Below are positions 41,002 through 52,150 of a DNA stretch of 64,000 nt, piece after piece. Position 1 is the stretch's first letter, and each line of letters begins with the position of its first letter. This stretch comes from Bythopirellula sp. Lineage in GTDB: Bacteria > Planctomycetota > Planctomycetia > Pirellulales > Lacipirellulaceae. A program made the position numbers and the translations under genes. The DNA is taken from positions 2,240,001 through 2,304,000 of the forward strand of contig OZ244170.1 in NCBI GenBank assembly GCA_965216565.1. The letters run 5' to 3'. A model generated the notes under the pieces. That model searched no databases, was not told where the DNA came from, and saw nothing but the letters and a program-made list of their open reading frames with translations.

Positions 41002-41790
41002 CTACGCCGCACGGGCACGCCGTGGTGCCTTGGCAACATTGCCATCCAGGTCGGTCAATCGTTCCAGCCCCATCTTGGCCACCGCCAGGCTCATTCGATT
41101 GCCTTGTCCCAGTTGATCGCCGGTATTCGCTTTCTCCGGCCACTGCCAAACGTTGACGTCGGGCGCCAATCCAACCCGCAGACCTTGGCGATGAGCGCGG
41201 ACAAAGAACTCTTCGCGCTGATCGTCGTGCAGCTCAGCATCCCAACCGCCTAGATTCCGAACTTTGCTGGTCCGAGCGACGAAGAAGTTGCCCACGATGT
41301 CGCACCAGGCATACCCTTCGCCCCGGGTGCGGGTTCCCGGTCGTATTTTCAAACTCGATCCTGCGAATTCACACAGCCCATGCTGCGGTGAGGGTCGACG
41401 TTGGGTGAAAAGTACGAGTCGTTTGTTGCAACGGGTGACGTCTCCACCGGCAATGTCCAATTTGTCGTCGATGACAAGTTGCAGAAGTTCTTCGATCTCG
41501 GTGCCCCGATGCAGTTCGGCAATATCGTTCAACAGCAAGAAGTAAGGAGTACGAACTCGTGCGAGCAACGCGTTCTGGCAGGCCCCCAACCCAGAGTCGG
41601 CCGGTAGCCTGAGCACATCGATCCCCTGGAGCTTCTGCGGCTCGTGACTATCGTCGGCCACTAACAGTCGGAGCTGCGGATAGAACTTGCGGACGCTCTT
41701 CACCAGTCGGCGAACAGCCTGGGGACGGTCGAAGGTGCGGACGATTGCAGTGAGTTTTTTCAAATCAACGGTAGGCACGGCTGCCCCCAC
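41002..41790 (-). CDS. GT-A fold glycosyltransferase (GT2/GT12-like)
   Basis: RTFDRP...YPQLRLLVADDS, NFFVART, GGWDAEL. Confidence 0.82.
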   Translation of the reverse strand: MGAAVPTVDLKKLTAIVRTFDRPQAVRRLVKSVRKFYPQLRLLVADDSHEPQKLQGIDVLRLPADSGLGACQNALLARVRTPYFLLLNDIAELHRGTEIEELLQLVIDDKLDIAGGDVTRCNKRLVLFTQRRPSPQHGLCEFAGSSLKIRPGTRTRGEGYAWCDIVGNFFVARTSKVRNLGGWDAELHDDQREEFFVRAHRQGLRVGLAPDVNVWQWPEKANTGDQLGQGNRMSLAVAKMGLERLTDLDGNVAKAPRRARAA

Positions 41791-42075
41791 AGTGCGGGTC
41801 GAAAGACGTAATAGCGCTTAGCTTTTACATCGCCGCGCTTCGCCTCAAACATCAGAAAAACCCGCACTGACGTTCGCCTCACGCTACTTCCGCTATTCTA
41901 CCAAACCGCTAAACTGGATCCGCCGATCTCGCTCTCGACAAGTCCGTGCTAGCACTTCGCCTAGGCCGCGTTGCTGCTATCTGAAACGGCAGCTATACTT
42001 CGCCTCTTCCCGCAAGCAGCCCCGACGATTTTCTGCACTGAATTGCTTGCGATCCAGCCCTGCCAAGGAGTGGCA

Positions 42076-43125
42076 ATGCGTATCGGAGTCTTTCTACCCA
42101 ACTGGATCGGCGATGTGGTCATGTGCACGCCGACACTTCGGGCGCTACGCAAGTATGTCGGCAAATCGGGCCGCCTCGTGGGGGTGATGAGGCCCTATGT
42201 GAAAGAGGTGCTGGCTGGCAATTCCTGGATCGATCAGGATGTTTGCTACAAGAAACGGGATCGGCATTCCGTCAAATCAGCCCTAGAGCAAATTCGCGCC
42301 GAAAACCTCGACGCGGTCGTGCTACTTACGAATTCGCTCAGCACGGCTTGGATAGCTCGTAGAACTCGCGTCCCGCAGCGCATTGGCTACGCCCGAGATG
42401 GACGCGGATTCCTGCTCACCACTAAGCTGTACGAACCGGTGGAAAAGGGGCGGCTATCGCCGTTGCCGCAGATTGATTCCTATCTCAACCTGGCTTATGC
42501 AACCGGGTGCGACTGGGAATCGCCGCAGCTCGAACTCGGCACGTCGGATGAAGACGAACTGCTAGCCGACACGGTTTGGCAGGAGTTGGGCCTGCAAGGT
42601 CGCGCCGTGGCCGTGCTGAATTCCGGAGGTGCATTCGGTGCCGCCAAAGATTGGCCCGCGGAGCACTTCGCAACTCTCGCAAGTCGACTGGCCGCCCAGC
42701 GCGATCTGCACGTGCTGGTCAATTGTGGTCCGAAAGAGCGTGAGACAGCCCGCGATATTGTTCGACAAGCGGGAGATCCACGCGTTGTTAGTCTGGCCGA
42801 TCAGCCGGAATTGCCGATTGGATTGACGAAGGCGGTCATCCGACGTTCAAAATTGCTAGTGACCACCGACAGCGGGCCGCGATTTTTTGGAGTAGCTTTC
42901 CAGGTGCCAACCGTCTCGTTATTCGGCCCAACCAGTACGCGGTGGACCAATACGCACAGCAAGTTTGAAACGCGCGTTTCGCTGGATCTCGATTGCGCGC
43001 CCTGCATGGAACGCACCTGCCCCTTGAAGCATCACCGCTGCATGCAAGACCTGTCGGTCGATCTGGTGATGTCCCGCATCCAGCTTCTTTTGGATGAACA
43101 AAGCAACAGCTATCAAGCCGCTTAG
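42076..43125 (+). CDS. waaF: Lipopolysaccharide heptosyltransferase II (GT9)
   Basis: PNWIGDVVM, GAFGAAKDWP, TTDSG, LFGPT, CAPC...CPLKHHRCM. Confidence 0.88.
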   Translation: MRIGVFLPNWIGDVVMCTPTLRALRKYVGKSGRLVGVMRPYVKEVLAGNSWIDQDVCYKKRDRHSVKSALEQIRAENLDAVVLLTNSLSTAWIARRTRVPQRIGYARDGRGFLLTTKLYEPVEKGRLSPLPQIDSYLNLAYATGCDWESPQLELGTSDEDELLADTVWQELGLQGRAVAVLNSGGAFGAAKDWPAEHFATLASRLAAQRDLHVLVNCGPKERETARDIVRQAGDPRVVSLADQPELPIGLTKAVIRRSKLLVTTDSGPRFFGVAFQVPTVSLFGPTSTRWTNTHSKFETRVSLDLDCAPCMERTCPLKHHRCMQDLSVDLVMSRIQLLLDEQSNSYQAA

Positions 43126-43545
43126 CAATTTCCGCAGCGAGAGGCCGATTGTACGGTACTTCACACAGGTAGCACTTTCTGCCTCTTGGCTGGATAGAAA
43201 CAATTGCGTAGTTGCAATTCACCCAGGTGGTTAAACGCCTTCTGTTCCGCAGAATGTCGCTAACTACGCAACTATCTGCGTAATCAGTATTAACGTTTGT
43301 TCGGGCCGGTCGGGTTCTATCACATTAGGCCCTAAGAACTGAGCAAAACCTCCCTCTGAGGTAGGCCTGGGAGTCTTACCAACAGGAGGTTGTGCCAAGC
43401 CGAATGATGGACATAGCCCCGAAATTGTCTAAAATGGACACTAATCGAATTCAGTTGGCTTAAGGCGGTTTGCGCCCTCTTTTCATTCGATATGCCATTG
43501 AAATTCTCGAACAGACCCAGGCAAACGGAACAAAAGAAAATCGGC

Positions 43546-44607
43546 ATGCGATTACGACTATTCGTCGCGCTATCTTTGATCTTTCTCATCGCGGGCGAGA
43601 GCGCTTGGTCAGCGACGCCTACGCATCGGGTTCGGATGTATTTTAATCTGGGCACGGTCGATATCGATCTCTACGGAAACGAATCGCCACTGCATGTCGC
43701 CAACTTTCTCGAATACGTAAACAATCGTGCCTACGATCGCACACACATCCACCGCACCAACTGTTGCAATGGTGCCTTTACCTTCGTGCAGGGTGGAGAA
43801 TACTACGTTCCCGAGCCCGGTGAATTTCTGGATCAGAATACCGTCCAAAGCACGGGCCCGGTCGTCAATGAATTCGACCCAAACAATGGACTCAGCAATA
43901 CGCCAGGCACATTGGCCGCTGCAAGAACCACCGATCCCGATAGCGCAGATAACGGTTGGTTTATCAATGCCACCGACAATGCCGCCGCATTCGACCCAGG
44001 GCCGTACACGGTCTATGGACAAGTAACAAGCGGCCTGGAAATTATCCAGCTCATTCCCACACTGCCTAAATCTGGGGGCCTCCAAGGGACGCCATTTTCG
44101 ACATTGCCTGTCTATGAAGGATGGTTCGTTTATCTGCACCAAGTCGTGGAAAGATCACTTGTCGATGGCGACTACGATCAGAACGGAGTGGCCGGCTCTG
44201 CTGATCTCGCTCTTTGGGAAAAAGATTACGGGAGGCTATCTCTAGAGGGCCCCGACTTCAACAATGACCTGCAGGTCGGATCAGGAGACCTTTCGAATTG
44301 GGAAGCTGGCTACGGCAATTACAACGGTGTGAGCACTCTAGCCCATTTCGAAGATGGAGATGCGAACCGGGACCGAGTCGTTGACGGGCTGGATTTTCTT
44401 GAGTGGCAACAACGATCTGGAACTACCAGAAACGTCTCTGCCGATGGTGATGGAGATGGACTTGTCACAGGCCTCGATTTTCTGTTGTGGCAGCAGGGGC
44501 AATCGGCATCGGGTCCCCCCGCTCTCAACAGCGTCCCCGAGCCATCGACTCTATTCCTGCTGACTCTGGGACTGATGGCCTGGCGACCTTGTAGATCGCG
44601 GACCTAG
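43546..44607 (+). CDS. Cyclophilin-like PPIase with dockerin-like repeats and PEP-CTERM
   Basis: Signal peptide, ANFLEYV, FVQGG, YTVYGQV; GDxDxDGxVDGxDFLxWQ repeats; VPEPST-TM-basic tail. Confidence 0.88.
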   Translation: MRLRLFVALSLIFLIAGESAWSATPTHRVRMYFNLGTVDIDLYGNESPLHVANFLEYVNNRAYDRTHIHRTNCCNGAFTFVQGGEYYVPEPGEFLDQNTVQSTGPVVNEFDPNNGLSNTPGTLAAARTTDPDSADNGWFINATDNAAAFDPGPYTVYGQVTSGLEIIQLIPTLPKSGGLQGTPFSTLPVYEGWFVYLHQVVERSLVDGDYDQNGVAGSADLALWEKDYGRLSLEGPDFNNDLQVGSGDLSNWEAGYGNYNGVSTLAHFEDGDANRDRVVDGLDFLEWQQRSGTTRNVSADGDGDGLVTGLDFLLWQQGQSASGPPALNSVPEPSTLFLLTLGLMAWRPCRSRT

Positions 44608-44704
44608 AGTATTGCAATTCTATGTGATCCGGGCGCTGACGCTTGCGGCTGGCCCAATTTCCGACCTATCGGCGCGCACAGCGCGATTGCTCATAATAGA
44701 GCGT

Positions 44705-45559
44705 ATGGACTCCGAGCTTTCTCCACCACCAACCGCCCAGGTCGTCAACATCGCGGCCTACAAGTTCGCCACGCTCACGGATTTACCCGCGCGACGCGAA
44801 TCGCTGCGCGAGCTATGCTTCGAGCTGGAGCTCAAAGGGACGATACTCTTGAGCCCTGAGGGCATTAACCTCTTTTTGGCTGGTCGTCGAGAAGCGACTA
44901 ACCAACTGCTGCGTCAACTCACTGCCGACCCGGAGATTGGCCCACTCGAAGTCAAAGAGAGTTTTAGCGATCATCAACCTTTCAGCCGGATGTTGGTTCG
45001 GCTGAAGCAGGAGATTATCGCCTTTGGTGTGGAAGGCATCGCTCCGGCCCAGCAAACTGCCCCCAAACTTTCGGCGCAGGAGCTTAAGCAATGGCTGGAC
45101 GAAGGACGATCGGTGAAGCTGCTGGATGTCCGTAACGATTACGAGGTGGACCTCGGTTCGTTTGCCGGTGCCGAAGCGATTGGTGTGGATCATTTCCGCA
45201 ACTTTCCAGCTGCCGCGCAACAGCTTCCTGAGGACCTCAAGGACGAAACGATTGTGATGTTCTGCACGGGCGGTATTCGCTGCGAGAAAGCAGGGCCCTA
45301 TATGGAGCGGCTCGGTTTTCAGAAAGTGCTGCAACTGGAAGGCGGAATCCTCAAATATTTTGAGGAGTGTGGTCAAGAACACTACGAGGGCGAGTGCTTT
45401 GTGTTCGACAAACGAGTAGCCCTAGATGGCAATCTAGAGGAAACCGACACAGCGCTCTGCTTTGCCTGCCAAAGCACGTTAACGCTCGAAGAGCAACAAT
45501 CGCCTCACTACATCCCCGGCGACAGTTGCCCTTATTGTTACCAGGCGATTGGTGATTAG
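44705..45559 (+). CDS. Rhodanese-related sulfurtransferase (TrhO-like)
   Basis: [38 protein letters not shown]. Confidence 0.9.
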   Translation: MDSELSPPPTAQVVNIAAYKFATLTDLPARRESLRELCFELELKGTILLSPEGINLFLAGRREATNQLLRQLTADPEIGPLEVKESFSDHQPFSRMLVRLKQEIIAFGVEGIAPAQQTAPKLSAQELKQWLDEGRSVKLLDVRNDYEVDLGSFAGAEAIGVDHFRNFPAAAQQLPEDLKDETIVMFCTGGIRCEKAGPYMERLGFQKVLQLEGGILKYFEECGQEHYEGECFVFDKRVALDGNLEETDTALCFACQSTLTLEEQQSPHYIPGDSCPYCYQAIGD

Positions 45560-45735
45560 CTGTCCATCTCTAGCTTTTCGCCTCCTAGCATCACATCCCC
45601 ATTGGTCATTCGGCGCTTGGTCATTGGTGAATTTGATCTCTCCGACTGCTAGTGTCAAAATTCTGGCGAGCGATTATACTGCCGCTCATCCAGCCTTATC
45701 TATTCCGACAACTAGCTAGTTTGCAAGTGAACTCT

Positions 45736-47166
45736 ATGAGCACCGACACGCCAACTGCCTCCTCCGGCAAGCCCTATCTCACATCGCCCGTCCCTTCGGA
45801 AAAAATGCCCGGAGGGATTCCGTACATCGTGGGAAACGAGGTAGCCGAACGCTTTAGCTTTTACGGCATGCGCGCTATTCTAGCTATTTTTCTGACCGAC
45901 TATCTACTCAACGCCTCAGGCGAACATGCTGGCTTGGACGAAACCAAGGCCGCCGAGCTGCAGCATCATTTCGTGGCTGCCGTCTATTTTGTCCCCATCC
46001 TGGGCGCGATACTGAGCGATTGGTTACTGGGAAAATACCACACGATTCTCTGGCTCTCGCTGTTTTACTGCGCGGGACATGCCGTCATGGCGCTGGTCGA
46101 TTTTCCGTTATTAACAGGTATCAGCCCGTATACATTGCTGATCGTTGCGCTGACACTCATTGCGCTCGGTGCGGGAGGCATCAAGCCGTGCGTCTCGGCC
46201 CATGTGGGCGACCAATTTGGGACGAAGAACCAACACCTGCTCTCGAAAGTTTATGGGTGGTTTTACTTTGCCATTAATCTTGGCTCGACTGTCTCCACAT
46301 TGCTCACACCTTGGCTCCTGAAAAACTATGGCCCTGGCTTGGCTTTTGGCGTGCCGGGCGTCTTGATGGCGATAGCCACCTTTGTGTTCTGGCTGGGCCG
46401 GCACAAGTTTGTCCATGTTCCTGCTGGGGGCAATAAGTTCTTCTCCGAAACCTTTAGCCGCAATGGGCTCCGAGCCATCGGCAACCTTGCCCCACTGTAT
46501 CTGTTGCTTGCTCCCTTCTGGGCATTGTTCGATCAAACCCAGTCGACCTGGGTCTATCAGGCAAAGGAGTTGGATTGTGTGGTGCTCGGCTACGAGATTC
46601 TGCCGTCCCAAATTCAGGCGGCTAACCCAATTCTTGTGATGATCTTGATACCTCTGTTCTCTTACTTAATCTATCCAGCGATCGATTCCATTTGGAAATT
46701 AACACCGCTCAGGAAAATTGGCCTGGGATTGGCCATCACCGCCCCCGCCTTTGCCATCGTGGCATGGACGCAAATGCGCATTGATGATGGCGAAACTCCC
46801 CATCTTGTTTGGCAGTTGTTGGCCTACGTGGTAATGACCGCTGCTGAAGTGATGGTCTCTATCACCGCGCTGGAGTTCTCTTACACCCAGGCCCCTAAGA
46901 AGATGAAATCTTTTATCATGGGCGTCTACTTCCTCTCCATCACACTCGGCAATGAGTTCATTTCTTTGGTGAACTCCTACAAAAGCAGCCAGGAAGAACA
47001 GGGCAACAACGTTCTCGAAGGTGCCAGCTATTTCTGGTTCTTCACTTGGGCGATGGTCATTACGACTGCGATCTATTTGGTCTGGTCGCAGTTCTATCGC
47101 GGCCAAACTTTCATCCAAGGTGACGAGAAATTAGAAGCAGAATCGCAGGCCGAAGGCACCGAATAG
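45736..47166 (+). CDS. POT family proton-dependent oligopeptide transporter
   Basis: [10 protein letters not shown] (ExxERF), [16 protein letters not shown]. Confidence 0.95.
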   Translation: MSTDTPTASSGKPYLTSPVPSEKMPGGIPYIVGNEVAERFSFYGMRAILAIFLTDYLLNASGEHAGLDETKAAELQHHFVAAVYFVPILGAILSDWLLGKYHTILWLSLFYCAGHAVMALVDFPLLTGISPYTLLIVALTLIALGAGGIKPCVSAHVGDQFGTKNQHLLSKVYGWFYFAINLGSTVSTLLTPWLLKNYGPGLAFGVPGVLMAIATFVFWLGRHKFVHVPAGGNKFFSETFSRNGLRAIGNLAPLYLLLAPFWALFDQTQSTWVYQAKELDCVVLGYEILPSQIQAANPILVMILIPLFSYLIYPAIDSIWKLTPLRKIGLGLAITAPAFAIVAWTQMRIDDGETPHLVWQLLAYVVMTAAEVMVSITALEFSYTQAPKKMKSFIMGVYFLSITLGNEFISLVNSYKSSQEEQGNNVLEGASYFWFFTWAMVITTAIYLVWSQFYRGQTFIQGDEKLEAESQAEGTE

Positions 47167-47214
47167 AGCGGACGATTGCCTAGCACTTGTTTAAAAACCG
47201 AAAACAGTTTTATG

Positions 47215-47293
47215 TGAGCCGACGGCGCTAGCCGCGGGTAGTATCGGGGCAACCTCGAAATCGAAGGTACCCGCGGCTAGCGCCGTCGGCTCA
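47215..47293. repeat. 79-bp REPIN/MITE-like element, copy 1
   Basis: TGAGCCGACGGCGCTAGCCGCGGGTA ... TACCCGCGGCTAGCGCCGTCGGCTCA perfect terminal inverted repeat. Confidence 0.92.
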
Positions 47294-47358
47294 TTAGGAC
47301 TTTTAGCCTATCCCTGATCCCCCTCCTTCGTTTTTCAGGGAAGGGCGGCTTTTGACTG

Positions 47359-48498
47359 CTAAGCCAGCACGCCTTCTAGCGGTCGCAGATTCCGGCCGTA
47401 CTCGATGGGGGCTTGGCCCTCCGCTTCGCGGTTAGGCTCAAACAAGTGTACGTCCCCGGGCGACACTTCGGCGACCACTCGTTTACCTTCTTCCAACACC
47501 TCCGCCTCCGTTCGGCAAACCAGTCGTTGTCCCGAATCGGTGTTTAGAAACACGTCCATCGTGCTGCCCAACGGCTCGGTGACTTGGACCGTAGCGGGAA
47601 TGCCGTGCTGCGTGTTGGCGTCGACTAACCGGATCGATTCAGGTCGAATCCCCGCCACCACCGGTCGGCGTGATTCCCCTTGCAGCCATTCGACGGGGGC
47701 ATCGACTCGCACCCGGGCGTCTTCTCCCACGAACCACATTTGATCGTCCGCGTGTTCCAACGTGCCATCGAAAAAGTTCATCGGCGGCATGCCTAAGAAT
47801 CCTGCCACAAACAAGTCGGACGGGTGCTGATAGGTTTCCAGTGGCGAAGCCGCCTGCCGAAGCAGACCGTCGCACATCACCACGACGCGGTCGCCCAAGG
47901 TCATTGCTTCCTCTTGGTCGTGAGTGACGTAGATTGTGGTGGTCTTAAGTTGACGGTGCAGCCGTTTAATTTCGGCCCGCGTCTGGACTCGTAATTTAGC
48001 GTCGAGATTCGAGAGCGGCTCGTCAAACAAAAATACAGCAGGTTGCCGCACGATCGCACGCCCCAAGGCGACCCGCTGACGCTGCCCGCCGGAAAGTGCT
48101 TTCGGCTTCCGCTGCAGCAACGCTTCCAAACCCAACAGTCCCGCCGCCCACTGCACCCGCTCAGCAATTTCGGCTTTGGGCGTTTTCCGCATGCGCAAAG
48201 CGAACGACATGTTATCGTAAACAGTCATGTGCGGATAAAGCGCGTAATTCTGAAACACCATCGCAATGTCGCGGTCGCGTGGATGGACATCGTTGACTAC
48301 GCGGTCGCCAATTTTGAGCGTTCCGGAGGAAATGGTTTCCAGCCCCGCCACCATCCGCAGCGTGGTGCTCTTGCCGCAACCGGACGGCCCGACCAACACC
48401 AGAAACTCGCCATCTTCGATTTCCAGGTTGAAATCATTCACGGCGTACACGTCGCCGGGATAAACCTTGGAGATGTGCTCAAGCGTCACCGATGCCAT
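47359..48498 (-). CDS. Sugar ABC transporter ATP-binding protein (MalK/MsmX/UgpC-like)
   Basis: GPSGCGKS, VFQNYALYPH, LSGGQRQR, DEPLSNLD, TOBE-like C-terminus. Confidence 0.95.
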   Translation of the reverse strand: MASVTLEHISKVYPGDVYAVNDFNLEIEDGEFLVLVGPSGCGKSTTLRMVAGLETISSGTLKIGDRVVNDVHPRDRDIAMVFQNYALYPHMTVYDNMSFALRMRKTPKAEIAERVQWAAGLLGLEALLQRKPKALSGGQRQRVALGRAIVRQPAVFLFDEPLSNLDAKLRVQTRAEIKRLHRQLKTTTIYVTHDQEEAMTLGDRVVVMCDGLLRQAASPLETYQHPSDLFVAGFLGMPPMNFFDGTLEHADDQMWFVGEDARVRVDAPVEWLQGESRRPVVAGIRPESIRLVDANTQHGIPATVQVTEPLGSTMDVFLNTDSGQRLVCRTEAEVLEEGKRVVAEVSPGDVHLFEPNREAEGQAPIEYGRNLRPLEGVLA

Positions 48499-48686
48499 CT
48501 GAATTTCCCTAGGGTGAGAGGGTAGGGGCCAAGTTGAATTCGAAGCCCGGCCGATGGTGGTGGGCTTTCGATCAGGTCTCAAAAATTATACCATCTATTA
48601 GCTCCCATTTCTGCTGCTCGCGTTTGCAAAACTTGAGTCACGATTAAAACAACAAGGCCTAGTCTTCGATTCATTCAGTTTACCCT

Positions 48687-48765
48687 TGAGCCGACGGCGC
48701 TAGCCGCGGGTAGTATCGGGGCAACCTCGAAATCGAAGGTACCCGCGACTAGCGCCGTCGGCTCA
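48687..48765. repeat. 79-bp REPIN/MITE-like element, copy 2
   Basis: Identical to 47215-47293 except one substitution; same orientation. Confidence 0.92.
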
Positions 48766-48816
48766 CGATTATTAACGCAAAGACTGGTGGCTCCCTTAGA
48801 GACCAGAAAAACTACA

Positions 48817-49401
48817 ATGTCACAACAAAAATCGAGCAAACTTGATCCTGCCGAGTGGCTCGACGTGCACGGCGATTATCTCTTCGCCTACGCCATGCGA
48901 CGTATGCACGACGCAGAGGGAGCCGAAGAGGTGGTGCAGGAAACCTTTGTAGCGGGTCTGCGAGCCCAGGAACAATACGCCGGCACTGGCAACGAACGGG
49001 CCTGGCTGCTGGGTATCTTGAAGCGAAAAATTATCGATGTTTATCGCGCCCGGCAAAGACAGACGGCCCTGGCCGACGATTCGGAAACGGGCGACCCGTC
49101 GACTCTGCTATTCGACCAACGCGGGCATTGGCGGAGCGATACCCGACTTTTAGGCGCTGTTACCCAAGACTCGTTGCAAAGCGGTGAATTCTGGGAGGCG
49201 TTTAAGAACTGCCTCTCCAACCTGCCCCCCAAGCAAGCCGCTGTTTTTGCGATGCGTGAAATCGACGATGTCAAATCAGAGAAAATCTGTAAGGAATTGG
49301 AGATCTCCTCGTCGAACCTGTGGGTCTTGCTGCATCGTGCCCGATTAGGGCTAGCCAAATGCTTGGGGACGCGCTGGAATCCTGAGGGAACGTCCCCATG
49401 A
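48817..49401 (+). CDS. ECF RNA polymerase sigma-70 factor
   Basis: AEEVVQETF, WLLGILKRKIID, EICKEL...NLWVLLHRAR. Confidence 0.93.
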   Translation: MSQQKSSKLDPAEWLDVHGDYLFAYAMRRMHDAEGAEEVVQETFVAGLRAQEQYAGTGNERAWLLGILKRKIIDVYRARQRQTALADDSETGDPSTLLFDQRGHWRSDTRLLGAVTQDSLQSGEFWEAFKNCLSNLPPKQAAVFAMREIDDVKSEKICKELEISSSNLWVLLHRARLGLAKCLGTRWNPEGTSP

Positions 49402-49655
49402 TGATCAATTGCAACAAAGCGACGAAACTGGTTTCCGAAAGCCAGGAACGGCCGCTGACATTCGGTGAACGATTTTCGCTGAAATTTCATCTACTGATGT
49501 GCAGCATCTGCGCGCAGTTCCAAAAAACCGTCGAGCTTCTCGGCCTCCAGGCAAGCGAATACGGCACGGAGGAACTTGACGCCGACGATTCTGCATGTCT
49601 TTCTGACGATGCCAAACAGCGAATCCAGCGGGCGCTCGAAGACTCTCAAGGCTAA
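49398..49655 (+). CDS. zf-HC2 zinc-finger anti-sigma factor
   Basis: C...HLLMCSIC (HxxxCxxC); ATGA overlap with sigma gene. Confidence 0.9.
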   Translation: MMINCNKATKLVSESQERPLTFGERFSLKFHLLMCSICAQFQKTVELLGLQASEYGTEELDADDSACLSDDAKQRIQRALEDSQG

Positions 49656-49836
49656 GTGTGAACTAACACACGTATCCGAGCGGCAGATTCCTAGCGTGTT
49701 CTCAAGATTGGGGTGTAAGGATACGCCCGCGACTGCGACACTTTGGCAGCGAAAGGAACTAACGTTCCAAGAGTGGCTCGACAGAAGATATTCTCAGTGC
49801 CACCGACTAAGATATTTGAAACGTTGGAAGCAAAAA

Positions 49837-50613
49837 ATGAGCGAAGACCACGACACCACCGAAGATGCGGGCCAAGACCAACAGAAAGGTCTCTCATTCA
49901 AAACCAAGCTGGCGGTTCTCGTAGCCCTAGCCGCGGTGGTTGGAGGGTTGTATTGGAAATTCGGCGGCACGCTTTCACTCGACTATCTGGCAACGAAGGA
50001 AGAGCAACTCAAACAGTTTCAGGTCGAGCGGCCAATCTTGGTCTATGGCATCGCCTTTGCTATCTACGTAACAATCACCGGCTTGTCACTACCCGGAGCA
50101 ACGGCACTAACCTTGCTCGTGGGTTGGTATTTCGGGTTCCTGCGCGGACTGGTGCTTGTCAGTTTTGCCTCCACGCTGGGTGCGACGCTCGCTTTTTTAA
50201 TGAGTCGCTACTTTTTTCGTGACGCGATTCAAACCAAATTCAAGGATCGGCTGACAACTTTTAATGAAGCCCTCGAAAAAGATGGGGCGTTCTATCTGTT
50301 CACTTTACGATTAATTCCGTTAGTGCCATTCTTTGTGATCAACGCAGTGATGGGACTCACGCCTATTCGAGTCTGGACATACTGGTGGGTCAGCCAAGTT
50401 GGCATGCTCGCCGGCACGATGGTCTATGTGTACGCCGGCTCAAGTGTTCCCGACTTGATGACCCTTTCCGAAGAAGGCATTCGCGCAGTTTTTTCGCCTC
50501 AGCGACTTAAACACATCTTCATCGCGTTCGGATTACTAGGGATATTCCCATTGGTGATCAAATTTGTAATGAAACAGTTCGCCCCCAAATCCATTGAACT
50601 CGACAACGAGTAA
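49837..50613 (+). CDS. TVP38/TMEM64 (DedA-like) membrane protein
   Basis: LSLPGA, ASTLGA, LRLIPLVPFFVIN. Confidence 0.92.
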   Translation: MSEDHDTTEDAGQDQQKGLSFKTKLAVLVALAAVVGGLYWKFGGTLSLDYLATKEEQLKQFQVERPILVYGIAFAIYVTITGLSLPGATALTLLVGWYFGFLRGLVLVSFASTLGATLAFLMSRYFFRDAIQTKFKDRLTTFNEALEKDGAFYLFTLRLIPLVPFFVINAVMGLTPIRVWTYWWVSQVGMLAGTMVYVYAGSSVPDLMTLSEEGIRAVFSPQRLKHIFIAFGLLGIFPLVIKFVMKQFAPKSIELDNE

Positions 50614-50626
50614 CGAGGAAGCACCC

Positions 50627-52150
50627 ATGTCGACACTTGCACCACTGCAACCGTTTGACGAACACAATCGCGAATTGGAAGCCAACGTCCATCCGCCAGA
50701 TTGGACGAATCCCAAGCCCTCGGGACGCTACAACCTGGTAGTGATTGGCGCTGGCACCGCGGGTTTGGTCGCTGCAGCAGGCGCCGCTGGCATGGGTGCG
50801 AAAGTTGCTCTGATCGAACGCGAACTTATGGGGGGCGACTGTCTCAACGTCGGTTGCGTGCCCTCCAAGGGACTGCTCAGCGCTGCGCGGGTAGCGCGTT
50901 CGGTACGTTATGCCGATGACTTTGGTGTCCACGTGAAAGACGGATTTTCCGTCGACTTCCCGCAAGTGATGGAACGGATGAGAAAATTACGTGCCGACAT
51001 CAGTCCGGCCGATTCCGCAAAGCGATTTCGGAATCTGGGGGTAGATGTATTCCTGGGGCAGGGCACTTTCACTGGCTCCAATTCCATCCAGGTGGGCGAT
51101 CAAACGCTGGATTTTAAACGTGCCGTCATCGCCACCGGTGCTCGAGCCCAGGCTCCACCCATCCCCGGTCTCGAAGAGATAGATTATCTGACGAACGAAA
51201 CGATCTTCTCACTCACCCAGCTCCCTCAGCGTCTCGGCATTATCGGAGCCGGTCCGATTGGCTGCGAGATGGCGCAAGCGTTTGCCCACTTCGGCTCAGA
51301 AGTGTTTCTCATCGAGGCCACTCACGGAATCATGCCACGCGAGGACCAAGAGGCGGCAAACATCGTCAAGGAATCGATGATTCGCGATGGCGTAAAACTT
51401 CTTTGCTGCGGCAAAGAGACAAAACTGATTCCGGCAGACGATGGACGCGTGCGGCTGACACTTACTTCGCACGACCAACATTACGACGAAGTCGTCGACA
51501 AACTGCTGGTCGCCGTAGGCCGGGCCCCGAACGTCGATAATCTCGGCCTAGACACCGTCGGCGTTGCCTATGATTCTCGCGAAGGCGTCCAGGTGAACGA
51601 TCGCTTGCAAACCACCAACCCGAACATTTACGCAGCCGGAGACATTTGCTCGCCCTACAAGTTCACGCACGCCGCAGACTTTATGGCTCGAATCGTGATT
51701 CAAAACGCACTGTTCTTTGGGCGTGCCAAATCGAGCAGTTTGATAATCCCCTGGGCAACCTACACTTCGCCGGAACTCGCCCACGTGGGCGTCACGCCAC
51801 AAGAGGCCGAGGACCAGGGACTGGCAATCGACACCTATACGCAAGATCTGGCGCACGTCGACCGAGCGATTCTCGAAGGCGAAACCGAAGGCTTCGTTCG
51901 CGTTCATACGAAGCAAGGCTCAGAAGAAATCGTGGGCGCCACCATCGTTGCTACCAATGCGGGCGACATGATCGGCGAGATTTCTCTGGCCATGACGCAC
52001 GGCTTGGGCCTGGGGAAAATTGCTTCTGCGATTCACCCCTATCCAACCCAGGCCGAGGCGATACGCAAGTTGGGCGATCAGTATAACAAGACGCGGCTCA
52101 CACCACTGGTCAAGGGATTGTCGGAAAAATGGCTCTCCTGGACGCGATAA
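50627..52150 (+). CDS. Pyridine nucleotide-disulfide oxidoreductase (mercuric-reductase-like)
   Basis: GAGTAG, GGDCLNVGCVPSK, GAGPIG, HPYPT; no C-terminal Cys pair. Confidence 0.9.
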   Translation: MSTLAPLQPFDEHNRELEANVHPPDWTNPKPSGRYNLVVIGAGTAGLVAAAGAAGMGAKVALIERELMGGDCLNVGCVPSKGLLSAARVARSVRYADDFGVHVKDGFSVDFPQVMERMRKLRADISPADSAKRFRNLGVDVFLGQGTFTGSNSIQVGDQTLDFKRAVIATGARAQAPPIPGLEEIDYLTNETIFSLTQLPQRLGIIGAGPIGCEMAQAFAHFGSEVFLIEATHGIMPREDQEAANIVKESMIRDGVKLLCCGKETKLIPADDGRVRLTLTSHDQHYDEVVDKLLVAVGRAPNVDNLGLDTVGVAYDSREGVQVNDRLQTTNPNIYAAGDICSPYKFTHAADFMARIVIQNALFFGRAKSSSLIIPWATYTSPELAHVGVTPQEAEDQGLAIDTYTQDLAHVDRAILEGETEGFVRVHTKQGSEEIVGATIVATNAGDMIGEISLAMTHGLGLGKIASAIHPYPTQAEAIRKLGDQYNKTRLTPLVKGLSEKWLSWTR

